Shown piece after piece: positions 1-13,129 of a DNA stretch of 64,000 nucleotides. The position numbers were made by a program, and so were the translations under genes. Source of the stretch: Phoronis australis (lineage: Eukaryota > Animalia > Phoronida); contig NMRA01000001.1 in NCBI GenBank assembly GCA_002633005.1, forward strand, positions 252,625 through 316,624, in the 5' to 3' direction. The notes under the pieces are model-generated. The model searched no databases. It was not told where the DNA came from and saw only the letters and a list, made by a program, of their open reading frames with translations. Position 1 is the stretch's first letter. Each line of letters begins with the position of its first letter.

Positions 1-403
1 AAGTCATCGACAATAGAAAGATGCATTCCGAAAAGGCGCAATCACAATTTCTGGGCTTCACATTTCCTGAACATAAATTTTAAGCACCGGTTTGTCTGTA
101 CAACAGACCACATTTATACTTCAGTCCATCAGTTATGCCAGTTTGTTTGCGTAAAGCGCTGCCTGTTGAGAATTCGACTACCCAATCAGAAACGCCGGTG
201 TAAAAAATTTCCCGACCAGGAAAATTAAGTGATCTGCGTGCTCGAGCGGCTCCCGCTCTACCTAGCGGCACGCAGGGAACCAGCGAGCATACTCACCTGA
301 CTCAGTTAAAATACTTCGTGTTTATCGCGCGCGCGATCAAAGTTAACAGTAACCAAAAAGTGGAGTTGGAATTCTTCGCCAAAGTCCCGTAGTTATGCTT
401 CAT

Positions 404-1858
404 TCGAAGATATGTTTAGAAGCAGAAAGGATGACTAAGGAAAGTAAGCGCCTTTTTAGGTGATAATTTTAGGTGTACAATGTATTTTTGACGAGGTGAA
501 AACTTAATGAGTGGGCGGATTTCGCCTACCGCCCGTTTAAAATACATGGGTCGAAATTAGTACAGAACGCGATGGAACGTATTGTAGTGCGAATCGGAAT
601 TTTATTTGCCATAACAGCAATGCTTGTTTGGCATTTTTCACAATACTAAAGATTAAAAACTCGAAGTAAACAACAGAATACACTCTGCTACCGTATCGAG
701 CAAATGGCCAAACGACAAAGCTTTGGCCCTCTTCCGATGACGTCACAGTTAAGTCTCGCATAATCTGGCGTTAATGTTATAAACTCGCAAAAGGACTACT
801 CAGATTGATGTTGCACTGCGCCAACCTCGCAGGCAGGCGAGATCTTAGCAATATTATGATTTGCTAGCGGACACGGTGTGTTTGGTCAGATTGTTTAAGA
901 AAAGCACGCATCAACATCTACATGTATGTACTTTAACCCATGAGCGGCTCACCAAAGGGGGTTGGGGGTAGGAGTGGTGGCTATAGCCCCATTTTTTTCA
1001 GTGCTTCGCCGCACATGGTCTATAGGCGGTGCACCACAGGGGGGTTGAGGGGGATTCAGCCCCACCCCCGATTTTTTCAGTGCTGCGCCGCCCATGTAAC
1101 CACCACACTATCGACACCGATTACGTGGTANTCGAAGATATGTTTAGAAGCAGAAAGGATGACTAAGGAAAGTAAGCGCCTTTTTAGGTGATAATTTTAG
1201 GTGTACAATGTATTTTTGACGAGGTGAAAACTTAATGAGTGAGCGGATTTCGCCTACCGCCCGTTTAAAATATATGGGTCGAAATTAGTACAGAACGCGA
1301 TGGAACGTATTGTAGTGCGAATCGGAATTTTATTTGCCATAACAGCAATGCTTGTTTGGCATTTTTCACAATACTAAAGATTAAAAACTCGAAGTAAACA
1401 ACAGAATACACTCTGCTACCGTATCGAGCAAATGGCCAAACGACAAAGCTTTGGCCCACTTCCGATGACGTCACAGTTAAGTCTCGCATAATCTGGAGTT
1501 ATTGTTATAAACTCGCAAAAGGACTATTCAGATTGATGTTGCACTGCGCCAACCTTGCAGGCAGGCGAGATCTTAGCAATATTATGATTTGCTAGCGGAC
1601 ACGGTGTGTTTGGTCAGATTGTTTAAGAAAAGCACGCATCAACATCTACATGTATGTACTTTAACCCATGAGCGGCTCACCAAAGGGGGTTGGGGGTGGG
1701 AGTGGTGGCTATAGCCCCATTTTTTTCAGTGCTTCGCCGCACATGGTCTATAGGCGGTGCACCACAGGGGGGTTGAGGGGGATTCAGCCCCACCCCCGAT
1801 TTTTTCAGTGCTGCGCCGCCCATGTAACCACCACACTATCGACACCGATTACGTGGTA
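404..1858. repeat. ~727-bp near-identical direct duplication separated by a single N (probable uncollapsed haplotype or contig overlap)
   Basis: 404-1130 is repeated at 1132-1858 with a few substitutions; the N is at 1131. Confidence 0.85.
939..1096. mobile_element. Tandem pair of short (~80-bp) CATG...CATG hairpin MITE-like repeats
   Basis: catgagcggctcacc...gcttcgccgcacatg and tataggcggtgcacc...gctgcgccgcccatg. A related pair lies in reverse orientation at 13802-13933. Confidence 0.55.
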
Positions 1859-2351
1859 GGCTTCTCCCTGGCATTTGTTGGGAATAGGCCTAAATATGCT
1901 CAGGCAGCGCATTGATTTACTCTGGATCAGCCAAAGTGTTTTATCTAAAAAAAGCAAATAGCCTAAACTTTGCCGACATATGGAGTATGATCAGCAATGG
2001 TGACTTGGATTCATCCGGGGTTGACATTTCGTTGAGATCACAGCGGCACCTTTTAAGTGTTTCAGGTATCCGAATTAAACTGTATATTCAAGAAAGCTCT
2101 GTTCTGTTCAAAATTAACTCGACGAACTTGCTTTATCCACTGGCGCTCCACATTTCCTAGTATTTGATTGATGTCAGAAAGGCGACGAACTTGGCATCAG
2201 ACATCCAGGACCATTTGTCAAATTCATCCAACTTTCTCCGTCAGAATTGCAGCACAGTAGGTCGAATAAAGTAATGCGATCGAGAAATCGTGTAAGGAAT
2301 ACACTGGCCTGTCGGTTATTACGGCATTATGGTTGAGACTCGAATTCGTTA

Positions 2352-2434
2352 CTCGCTGGTTCCCTGCGTGCCGCTAGGTGTGGCGGTAGGCGCGCCTGCA
2401 CGCTGGCTAGGCACGTAGGGGACCCGGCAGCGAG
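2352..2434. mobile_element. Tiny hairpin MITE with a 10-bp TSD (Mutator-like TSD length)
   Basis: TIRs ctcgctggttccctgcgtgcc... / ...ggcacgtaggggacccggcagcgag, flanked by the perfect direct repeat gaattcgtta (2342-2351 and 2435-2444). Confidence 0.75.
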
Positions 2435-2526
2435 GAATTCGTTATTGATCAAGACCACACTCAGCAATCAGCTGACACTAAAAAATCAGCAAAGGAAAAT
2501 CCTGCAAGTAGCTTATTAGAAGACGT

Positions 2527-2607
2527 ATTATATTATATTATTTTATATTATAGCATATCATATCGTATTATATTATATCATATCATATCATATCATATTA
2601 TATTATA
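2527..2607. repeat. (ATATT/ATATC)n pentanucleotide microsatellite
   Basis: Visible run of atatt and atatc units. Confidence 0.85.
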
Positions 2608-2764
2608 CCACTACTGTTACGTCTATGTGGAAAGATTTGTGATTCCTTGGATAGGTGCCAAACAATAAAAGGTAATACAGACAAAGATACTATACCCCTA
2701 TGGTAACTATAAAAACTTTGATACGGATACGATGACAAGGTATCCTCTGAACATAGTCCAAGTC

Positions 2765-2825
2765 CTCGCTAGTTCCCTGCGTGACCACTAGGGGGAGCCC
2801 TAGCGGACACGCAGAGAACCAACAA
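2765..2825. mobile_element. Second tiny hairpin MITE of the same family, 10-bp TSD
   Basis: ctcgctagttccctgcgtg...cacgcagagaaccaacaa, flanked by agtccaagtc (2755-2764 and 2826-2835). Confidence 0.7.
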
Positions 2826-4296
2826 AGTCCAAGTCCATCACTAGTTCAACGCTTTTCGCGGCCGTTTGCATCCGAGAAATGGTCTTGTACGCTTTGAAAA
2901 TGGACACAGTATCTTTTACTTTAAATACACACTATCACAAGTCCAGATTCTTTTCAACAGCGGAGTTGTGCTATAATTGCGTTATAAACAGTATCGGATT
3001 CTGAGCAATCCATCATTCCGCGAAACGCGTGAGAGTTTCAGTGTACTTTTAGCAAATGTGTCTTGTTTGAGTAATACGATATCTATATCACGTATTGAGA
3101 TACGTTTTTTATTTCGATTTCGAAATTTTAAAAGAGTTAGCCTAACTTCACGTGTATTGTTATCTTCAGGATTGCTCATTATATCAAAAAGTAGCGATAG
3201 CTTTTATTTGCAGAAAAAACGCGCCTGTAAATAAGCGTCGCCCTGATAAAATAAATTACATAGTAACTAAGAGGCTTGCAAAAGTCAAATCCTGAATTCT
3301 ATTCTCTCCTTTCGCGGAGGTAGCGAAGAGGTTACTATGGGCCTAGAACATGCGCATCAGCACCACTAAATTTGTCAGAAGTGAAAAATCACAACAACCC
3401 AACTGTTATAGTAACTACATAAATTTTTTTACCTCAAAATTTCCTTGATGAAATAAATACCGTCTGATATTGCGCAATTTACATGGCTCAATTAAAAGCA
3501 ACTGAATATAATAAACTAGTCTCCGCTTAGGATCGGTGTGCTCGTTCACGTGTTCACTAGTTTACAGCATACAAATAATGTCACTTATCGAGGGATTTCA
3601 TTGAACTGGGAATAATTACTTAATTGTAAGCCTGTTTTGTTTGTGTTTTGTGTTGTTAATAATTGTTGCGTTTCCATGTGTTTCGAAATCCCGGAAAAAA
3701 GTCAAGAAAAAGCAGAATTAATTCCACACAGGTTGTGTCAGCAAAGATTCTCTGCTGACTGCCGGCATACCGGTGTTTTTGCGCTTCCTATTGGCAGTCA
3801 TTGACACTATGCTACTCTTAATTGAGTACACAAACCGTGATAACTCACCCATGAATAAAATTTCCCGGTATTTGTCCAGGAAAATTTGGTGGAACCGGGT
3901 AAACCATGCCTCAATGCATTTTCCAATTAAAATTTCTGCGAAAAAATAACGGGTTGACTTCCACTATATTCCACATGGGGGCGACACTAGTAATGAGTCT
4001 TGTTCTTGACTAATTTGCCTTTTGCGTCTCCCCGGGAGTCCATACACTTGAACCGTTACGACAATGAGATCAGCCTGTGCTGATAGTGTGGTTTTAAAGC
4101 TACATGTACTTTTAAATGTACGACCATACATATCTGAATTCAATTCAAAAAGAGTACCTTGCTTTGGAAAATCGAAACCCAAATGCCAATTCTCAGGAAC
4201 CCAAGTTTTAAAGAACCACAAAGGACAGAGTACGCCCTCTTTTGATTAGCACTGTAAACGTTCAAGACACTATCATGAATCGTCGCATGACAAACA

Positions 4297-6352
4297 ATGA
4301 ATATTATATTGCATGATCCACTGAAAACATCAAGACTAATTAAGGGTGATGTACAGGAAATAGACTTCGTTAATCCTACCTCTGAGGTATAGATTGATTA
4401 CAGTGACTCATATTTGCCATCTCCGCCATGTGAGAGTTCAATGTTTGACAACCGCTACCTAAAATTTCCACAAGTTAGCAGCTTGGTAAGTATTTTCGGA
4501 GAACGTGAATTCTAATGTTTTTAGATACGCCGAAGTTCATCAGAGTATAATTACTTTCCGAGAAAGAAGGTGTACACTATGAGGTGCGCGAACAGTAGAA
4601 AATAAATTACGTAATGTCATGGCTTGTTTGTTTGTCCGCGTACAGCTTAATTCCTTACCCATTTCATTTACTCATGTTGTGCTGTGAAACGCACAGGCAG
4701 ATGCAGTAGAAAGCCGATGATTCCGAAACATCACCATTCTTTGTTGATTTGCAGCATTTTATGTGAAATTTCTCAGCTAACAATCCTATAGATGTTGACT
4801 GATACGAATTCCCTATGACGTCATAAATCGAAAAATATGCAGTAATATCAAAAGTGCACACTCACTGGTTCGCTCAAATAAGTTACAGGCGACCTCATGA
4901 GGTTGGAGGGGAGGGCACGAGTAAGCGGGGAGGGAAGTGTCGACAGTAATGTGCAGTCATGAGCGATGAACCGGCATAGTGTTAGACTGGGGGGGCAGGG
5001 GCAGCCGAGAAACGACAGACACAAAGAAACATGAAAAAGAGAGAACATTGAGAGAACATTTGTAATCTACGCAGCTACAAGTGCTGGATTTTCCCTATAA
5101 GTGCCCTGACCAGGACAGTTTTGTTAGGTGTTCGAGCTAAAATTGCAATATGAAGCTTCATTCCTTAGTGCACGTACATATGCTCACGTGCTATTATTCA
5201 TGTAGACATCGAAATGGTTTGCGGAAATGAATCAAAATTGGTGCTTTGTAAGCCTTGAGCTTTTATATTGTGTTGCCACCTGAGTTTTAGTACAAATCTT
5301 GTAAGAAATTGATGTTCCTACAATGATCTGCAAATAGCAAAGTGCACCAAGTGATTTTTGCGATCTGGAATAACCCCCTAAGAAGTCGGTGTTTCTGTAA
5401 ATTTTGTCGCCAGGTCAAGATGATGAACATAGGTGGATCACTATCATTTGCCCGCCCCCGGGATTAGACAATGAAAACTCGGTTCCCGGCCGTTTTCACC
5501 AAAATATCCCAGCCGAGAACTGTACCCTTTCAAAGTGTGCCCATTTCAATGCATGGAACTAATAAAGTGACCATTCCCCGAATTGGAGCCATTCGGCAAG
5601 TGAATCTTGGCCTTAGACCTCATTTTCGTCATCTAATAATCCTAACCGAAGTTTCCATCTACGCAGGCGATGCCATTTATCCCCGTATTTCTCAGAATTT
5701 TGCTGCCCTGGTAGAAGTTTCATACGCATCTTTCATAACCCTTTTAGAACGATTTTGACAGACACCCTACTAAAGGTAAAAATCACCCTAAACGCATAAC
5801 CACGCAATTTGCTCAGGTCTTAGACTAATAAAAAGTGACCCTTTCTCACAAGATTTTGTGCCCCCGTCTAAAGTACATCCTACGTCAATATGATGATCAT
5901 CAGCTTGGTAATTATTGGTAATTACCTTTAGGTACTTGAGGTGCTGTAACTGCTACGCGTAGGGTAATTTCTTTACCACCTTCAATTTCTTGACCACGTC
6001 AATGCTGCAAAGATCTCCTTGGAGATGATTACATTCGTCGTGTGGTAGAGACCACGGCAAAGTTGCTCTGTGACGTGGACTTCCTATTGATGGCTGTGAA
6101 CGGAAGAAACAAAGCTGTGTATGTCTTGTCGCAGGCAGAAATGAAAGAAGACTGTGACAGTCTCGCCCTGACACGTGTGAGTATTTGAATATGACCCATA
6201 CACTTTCAAAGAAGTCAGAAGTCAGATGTTCCTTCCGTGCTGACCTACATGTACTTGTGTTTCGGTTTCAGAATTTCAAAGTCTTCAACGGAATTTACAA
6301 GTGTTGTTACGAAAGTTACCTAGTTGAAAGTACAAATTTCTCTGTTCCATAA
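4297..6352 (+). pseudogene. Decayed spliced gene, exons ~4297-4485, 5932-6176 and 6272-6352; mostly helical, cytokine-like product
   Basis: Phase-0 junctions TTG|gtaagt...ctttag|GTA and CGT|gtgagt...tttcag|AAT. Translation: ...PSPPCESSMFDNRYLKFPQVSSL/VLEVL*LLRVG*FLYHLQFLDHVNAA(fs)KDLLGDDYIRRVVETTAKLLCDVDFLL...LALTR/NFKVFNGIYKCCYESYL...*. Three in-frame stops and one frameshift. Confidence 0.5.
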
Positions 6353-7724
6353 ACGTGACCTTCGCAAAAAGTTTTTTGTCTACTGCCGTACGATTTAGTT
6401 ACGCCACCTAAAAACCGGCAGTGGAAAATAATTTCAAGAAATCGCTTAGTACGCGTGTGTCTTTGACCCCATGTAACGTGCAGGTTTCATAAGGTTATGT
6501 ACATGTATGGCCATAGACAAATGTTCAGTTTTGGCCAACACTGAATGGGTTCATATGAAACTCACAATTATTGTGCTTTATGCCGTGTTTTTCAAAAAGT
6601 TATTACGAATTGTTCAGCGTTTACGTGAGGGACTATCAAAATAAGATTATATTATTTTTGTAGAAAAAATAAAGTCATAAAACGAAAACTAATTTATAAT
6701 TCAGAAAAGTGTAACAGCATTTCTAAAATTTTATCGTGAACATTTATATTACACGAAATTTGTCCATGTTATTGATCCTGCCCTTTACTAAGAATGACCT
6801 CTCCTTTTTTGCTTAATTTTACAAAAAAAAACATCGTTACGTGAGCTTTTTGGCATAAAGTCAATAATCAATGACCACAGATTTCTATTTTCAGAAAATA
6901 TTATACTTTGGCTGAGTTAATATTATAGCTTTGTATATAGTTGACTGAATGTACCTGTAGACTTGTTAATAAGGTCCTACACACAGTGTCAGTTACACAC
7001 TTCGGTGGGTTGAGCTCTGCAGTCGCTAGAATCTCGCGAAGGAGGCTACAGTAGTGTTATCAAATAGTTCGCTTGCAATACCTGGTCATATCTCGCGAAG
7101 TTTTTCGTGGTCTTGCGTTTATTGAGAGATTACGCGTTTACCCAACGCAACCCTGCCTCCCGTTTAGTAACGCTAGGATCTCGCTAAAAAGCAAGACTTC
7201 ACGAGATTGCGTGAGATATTGCCGTGTATTTTAAATGAGAACACGTGACTGTCTAGATTTTAGTTAGGTCCTAGCGTAGGTCCTAACGTTACTGAACGCA
7301 CGATGGAAGCCGGGTAATTTTCAGAATATTTTAAATACTATCGAGGTTCTAAAATTTTGATAACATAAGTAATGGAAACCTGTGACCCAGGCATTGCTTA
7401 AACGATCATATAAACCATTGCAAAGACTAAATTCCTAATGCTTTGGCTGAAATTCTCACGGAGTGCAGCTAGGGCTTGCGAGATTTTGCCGTTCAGTCGA
7501 AAAGACAATCACTGAAATGTATGAAGTTTAGAAAATGGTATTATACAGTGATTAACCTTTTTGTCGCTATAATTGTATAGTACCTATTTTTCAGTTCCGG
7601 TTGTTTATAAACCGATCAGCTGACAGAGGGGCCGCTCTCCAGCGAGCCATTACATCACTGCATTCCCAAAGTTTTTAGTAAGAGTCTGAAAATTCCTTGA
7701 CCCGACGCCAGTTGATTAATTCTC

Positions 7725-8068
7725 AGTGGCGGACCTAGGATACCATAAAAGGGGGGGGGTAATATCCTCGATGAATTGGGCAACGTGCGATTNNNNNNNN
7801 NNNNNNNNNNNNNNNNNNNNNNNNNNNNNNNNNNNNNNNNNNNNNNNNNNNNNNNNNNNNNNNNNNNNNNNNNNNNNNNNNNNNNNNNNNNNNNNNNNNN
7901 NNNNNNNNNNNNNNNNNNNNNNNNNNNNNNNNNNNNNNNNNNNNNNNNNNNNNNNNNNNNNNNNNNNNNNNNNNNNNNNNNNNNNNNNNNNNNNNNNNNN
8001 NNNNNNNNNNNNNNNNNNNNNNNNNNNNNNNNNNNNNNCCCCCCCCCCCCCCCCCTAAATCCGCTTGT
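7725..8068. mobile_element. Short GC-rich MITE-like repeat (cagtggcgga...aatccgcttgtg) spanning an assembly gap
   Basis: Imperfect terminal inverted motifs with poly-G/poly-C interior; similar elements at 36807-36973 and 61466-61641. Gap at 7793-8038. Confidence 0.5.
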
Positions 8069-9462
8069 GATTCTAACAAAAAATTTGAGGCATACGTTCG
8101 TGTGAAACACAAAGTTGAAAAAAAATTAATAGAAACCCATGGAAATCGATGAGCAATATGCGTGCATGTAAAGTCGTGTCATTGTAAGCAACAATGGAAC
8201 TGTACATGTTTGTGCACATGTGCGTAATTATTCGGAATTGAGGGCATAAATCAGTGTGAATAAAAGTTGGCAGCAAAATTTTGCAAAACGATAAAGTTAT
8301 AAAAACTGATATGTTACCATAAGTATTTCAATGAGAAAAGAACAATGCACGATACCAAAAACACCCTGTACTGGTTGGTAAGGCACGCACATATATATGT
8401 GTAACCGCGTGTGCCTGTGAACACCACTGCTTGGGCGGCCGAAGCCGGAGGTCGATGTACAGTGGCGAATCTAGGATACCAAAAGGGAGCCCAACATGTT
8501 GCCTCGGAAAATTGCGCGATATGACGTCGCGTTTCCAAAAGCTATCGGAGGACTAAAAAAATGGTAGTACTTGTCCTAGTACCTAATTCATCTTAGCCTG
8601 GCGAACTGATAATTTGTACAGTTTGAAATGAAAGTTCAAAATGTTGTGTTATAGACTCTACTGTAAAACAACTTGACACGCCGCGGAACTGAAGTTTTAA
8701 GAAGGCGTTTGCATTATTAATTTTTACACCACTCAATGTACCCGTTTTGTGCGACCATGATGTGGGGAATTGCCGTTTTTTGTGTCACTTCCATATTATT
8801 GGCCATCCACAACGAGAAGGACAAGAAAAAATGTTCACACAGAAACAACCCATTGAGATATTGTAACTACTTCAAGCAATAAAGTTTTGATTTATTTCAA
8901 AAAATATTTATTTCAAATTATCACCATCAAGCAGTAAAATCACACCGTGACAGTTAAAGGGAAATACCTAGCAGGTACACAGTTACTGTACCGTACTGGT
9001 ACCATACATGCACCCCACTTCTGCAAAAGTCAGATTTTAACCAACTCTAAGTCAATCCCTCAATTCAGTTAAATCCAACATTTACTGGCACACAGTTATG
9101 TTACTAGTACATTTATATTGACAACACCCCGCCACAAAATAAATCTACACTTTAAGTATCAGAAGACCATGAACAGGGCAGAACATAAAAATGATGTTTT
9201 TCCTCAAGTAAGACGGTTGCAGATTTTATAGCTTGCCAGGCTGCATAATATTTGTCTACCGTCTCAATATAACATTGTGGGGTCTACCATTCTTGGGGTA
9301 TCCCTTCCTTCGATCAACAGTAACCTAGCTATATTAATAAATCTTTAAATTGGTGTCCACTCTGTAAATATTAATATTGTAGTCACTTTCCGTGTTCCTT
9401 TGTTGCTAGAAAACGACAGATATCTTGGTCTTGGTCACTAAACCCTTAAAAACATGTTGGAC

Positions 9463-9677
9463 CATGGGCGCACTCAAAAAAGGTCCGCCTCAGTGAAACA
9501 AAAAGTTCAAATAAACGAGACAAAAGTCCACAGGAATTCGGCGGATGCACTATTCGTAGGTCTGAACCTAGTGGCCCGTTTTTTGTTTCTTTTTTAGTCC
9601 CCGTTGATATTTTTCAATAAAAGGTCCGCATACCGAAAAATTTGAGCCCCCTATATTTTAGGCTGGGTGTGCGCATG
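9463..9677. mobile_element. CATG-terminated MITE-like repeat; a related copy lies at ~17690-17941
   Basis: catgggcgcac...gtgtgcgcatg termini; the internal sequences aaacgagacaaa, aaaaggtc and ggctgggtg are shared with 17740-17941. Confidence 0.55.
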
Positions 9678-10844
9678 CGGACTACAGTAAGAAAGAAAGT
9701 CAAGTAAAAGACCATGAAACATCGACTTAAGTGGGTGTTCTAGGGACCAAATTAAGTTGTTTCTGCGATGGGATTCTCACCCACAAAATCATTTTATTTC
9801 AGTTTCAATATTTAAACGTCGAAAGACCAAAAATTACATCATTGATTCTCTGTCTAATCTTTATACTAGAAATCAAACTTTATTTTTTTCAATCTGATAC
9901 AACTGAAGACTCTTTAATTCTGTGCTCAAGTACGCAATGGTTTTCTACGATGATTTTCAAAAAATCCTAGTTTACAGTTGATGACCCTAACATAAAAGCT
10001 ATGAGTTTTTACTTGAAATCTCGCGTTGTTATCAATATTGGTTCCTCGACACTACACTGTACACACGCATCTCCACTAACATGGTTCATAAGCAAAATGG
10101 CGGACCACTCCCCACAACGAAAACCACGTGACTTCAACTCTAGTTATATTTATCTCATTGCTGCCAAGTATGGCGATCTCGAGATCTTGTACACGCATCA
10201 ACCTTACGGTGAATTATACTCATTTTTATTCAATGCGCAGAGACGTTTTGTTTCTGTAATGATCAGCCTTATTTAAGTGACATACGTCCAAGTGTACACT
10301 GGTTTCTGGTGTAAAGCCTGCAAGAGACATCTGGCCACGTCTCTAATCTTTGTACTCGAAACGAACTGGAAATTATTTTTGGCAACTTCTCTGCTCCTTT
10401 TGTGCGAACTCAAGATAAGTGGTTATCAGATTGTGCTCGAATAATTATAGTTCATGCATATGAGTTTCTAGTCCAAGTTCTCACTTAAAAAGCCGTATAT
10501 GCGTGCTACAAACTCGAGTAAAAACTCGAAATTTCGAGTTTAAACTCCAACTTTTAGCTTTAATGTTGGATTTGTCAATTGCAAACTAGGACTAATCAAT
10601 CATCTAGGTAAGTCATTATGTATTCGAGTATTGAGTAATGGACACTTATCTTGATTCACACAAAAGTAGATTAAAAAATGCCAAACATTATTTCGAGTTC
10701 CATTTCGAGTAAAAAGATTCTAGACTGGGCCCAGAAATCACCTCGCTTGTAGCGTAGGCCTACGTTATACGATAGTCGTCGGAGAGACACTTCTTTAGCC
10801 GTTATGTACCCAGTGGTCACGGGCCTCCTGGCATGAAATTTTTT

Positions 10845-11105
10845 TGACGTGACAAATTTTCGATCCTGCATGGGATGTGTTACTTTTTATCCTGGTGTGT
10901 GAAATTTTGGTCCTGACGTGTTGAATTTTCGGTCCTGATGTGATAAATTTAGGTTCTGACGTGATGAATTTGGGGTCCTCAGCTGGTAGATTTTGGGTTC
11001 CGAGTCGTTTTTGGTCTTGCAGAGTGAAAATAACTTTTTGGACTGTTTTCAATTCTTGCGTAATTGAAAATTCCGGTTTCGAGGTTTTTGGGTATTGCAG
11101 AGTAA
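10845..11105. repeat. Degenerate ~21-bp tandem repeat
   Basis: Recurrent tcctgacgtg(a/t)tgaatttt(c)gg-like units. Confidence 0.55.
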
Positions 11106-12541
11106 AAATAATGTGTTGATCTGTTCAAATCTGGCAAAGAAAATAATAATGTGGAATTTTTTCCGCTTTGGCTTTCCATAGGTTCTCACAGCTTAATCTT
11201 GTGCACGAGAATGTCGGTCTGCATGCGTTTGTAATAAACAGTAACAGAAGTTATGGAATTGTCGGTCCGCACTACGAACGGATATCGCGAATCGATTTAT
11301 ATGGTGAAAAACACATGCTCCGTTGCGCACTCTCAGAGCTACGCACGGTTTGATATTATATATACTAGGCTACTTTTGTGTTCTAAGAGGTTTCCCTGTT
11401 CTGTCCCCGTGTCCGTAGAAATACATGCATTTCTTACATGTAGTTTACGGGCAGGTTACGGTGAGCACTCATATCTAGATCGGTGTAGCCTATACACCAA
11501 AGTTATCCAGAAGTTTGTCGTATACGGAACATAAAATATTTGTATATCCTGCCATCTCATTATTTGTGTATACAGTCTCCTATATAGTTTATGACTATAT
11601 ACGGTCGAATGGCCAAACACTATTGCTGCTCAGATGCAGCGGGAGAGGAAGTTCGGACTGTCACTCAGTTGGAAGTGCTCACGTGAAGATTAGGCTCATC
11701 TACAGACACGTTTACGTCGACCTGGGAAGTGACTCGTGTCCCCCTGGAGTGGACCTTGATGTTTTTTTCATATCAAAGCAGACTCTGACTACTGTACTGG
11801 AAAACTGGCACGAAAATTACACCGTCGGTGTAGAAGCGACATACTGGAATATCCATCGAAAATTGACCAGAAGATGTCGCTTGACGTTATCCTCTTAACC
11901 AGGCGAGTGCGTCCGAAGAAAAATGCCAATCTAGGACCCAATAAACACGTGCCAAGTAACACTGAACGAAAATATCCGATGTATTCAGCTCGAATATTCC
12001 TAATATAAACGTTGATTAATAATAAACATTCAATGTGCATTCTTGTAATGTTGTTTTATTTTATGGAGCTTAAGGAGTTATGGTATAATGGAACACAATA
12101 ACTTCAATATTTAACAGCCGCTATTGAACGCCACACTTCTTGTAAAGAATGTCATGCGCATATAACTTCTATATCAAAGACGGGCGGCAACTGAATGGAC
12201 GACTTTTTATTCAGATTTGCAGTATAGTTTGTTTAGTCAGGGATTTTACACGCGTTTTGCTCCTCAAATGGTTCGACCATAATATGAAATCGTCAGTGGA
12301 AACAGAGAGTCATATTAAACCAATTATATTTGCTTAACAAAACAACACGCGACTCATTGAATACAAGTGTATAAAGCAGTTTGTCTTGGCCATAACGACT
12401 CGCTCGCGGACCCCTCAGTGGTGGTTAGTTACAAGGCACTCTGGCATTTAGGATATCGGCATTCATCGTAAGCGCAGAACGACAGAAGAAAAATGGTAGC
12501 AAAAAGACATGTAAGACTGTAATAATCCGCTTGCCAACAGC

Positions 12542-12634
12542 ATGGTCGTCCAGACTCGTAGTAAACTTCGAGAGGCTTCGAAACTTCAAAAAGACATTGT
12601 CAACATAAACTTGTCTCTGGAAACAACCGTCCCG
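12542..12634 (+). CDS. Orphan 3-exon gene, coding exon 1 (MVVQTRSKLREASKLQKDIVNINLSLETTVP)
   Basis: ATG in agcATGG context; 93-nt open exon ending CCG|gtaaga (phase 0); TATAAA at 12370. Confidence 0.65.
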
Positions 12635-13129
12635 GTAAGAATATGGAACAATTTGAGTTTGACGAGTTTATAGACTGCAAGAAGAATGATGATAGGAGGG
12701 CGTGTTTATGTATTTAAAAATCTCCCCCTGGCTCTCCTCGTAAGTTGGATGTCATCAGTTTCTACTCCACTACCCGAACAACGGGTCTTAGTCCTCTTTT
12801 GTGCGATAGTAATCCGACACTCTTCCTACTTTTTTCCTAATAAGCGATTGTCACTCACTATTAATTCTATTTCGACTTTTCAGATGTAAACCGATATCCG
12901 TCGATCCTATGATAACATATTGTTCTGTAGTAAAACGGAAGAATGTTCTAACAAATTAGAAGACGTGTTTTCTAACAATGTTTAACTATATATAGTTCTT
13001 ATATGCACAGCAGTTCTAGGCTCTTGATTGGTCCAATAAGTGGGGCCTATCATAAAAATGGTCAAAATACTTTTGAAATGTGCGTTGACTTTTTAAATCT
13101 GCCAGTTTTCAAGTTATATGAATGTCACT

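Noticed and set aside
404-1858. Tandem duplications around single Ns (1131, 21245, 21877, 23151, 29436) as real duplications
   Set aside because: Each duplication breaks exactly at an N and the copies differ by only a few variants, typical of unmerged contig or haplotype overlaps.
7655-8112. Long ORFs across N runs (also 53427-54658)
   Set aside because: Artefacts of translating assembly gaps.
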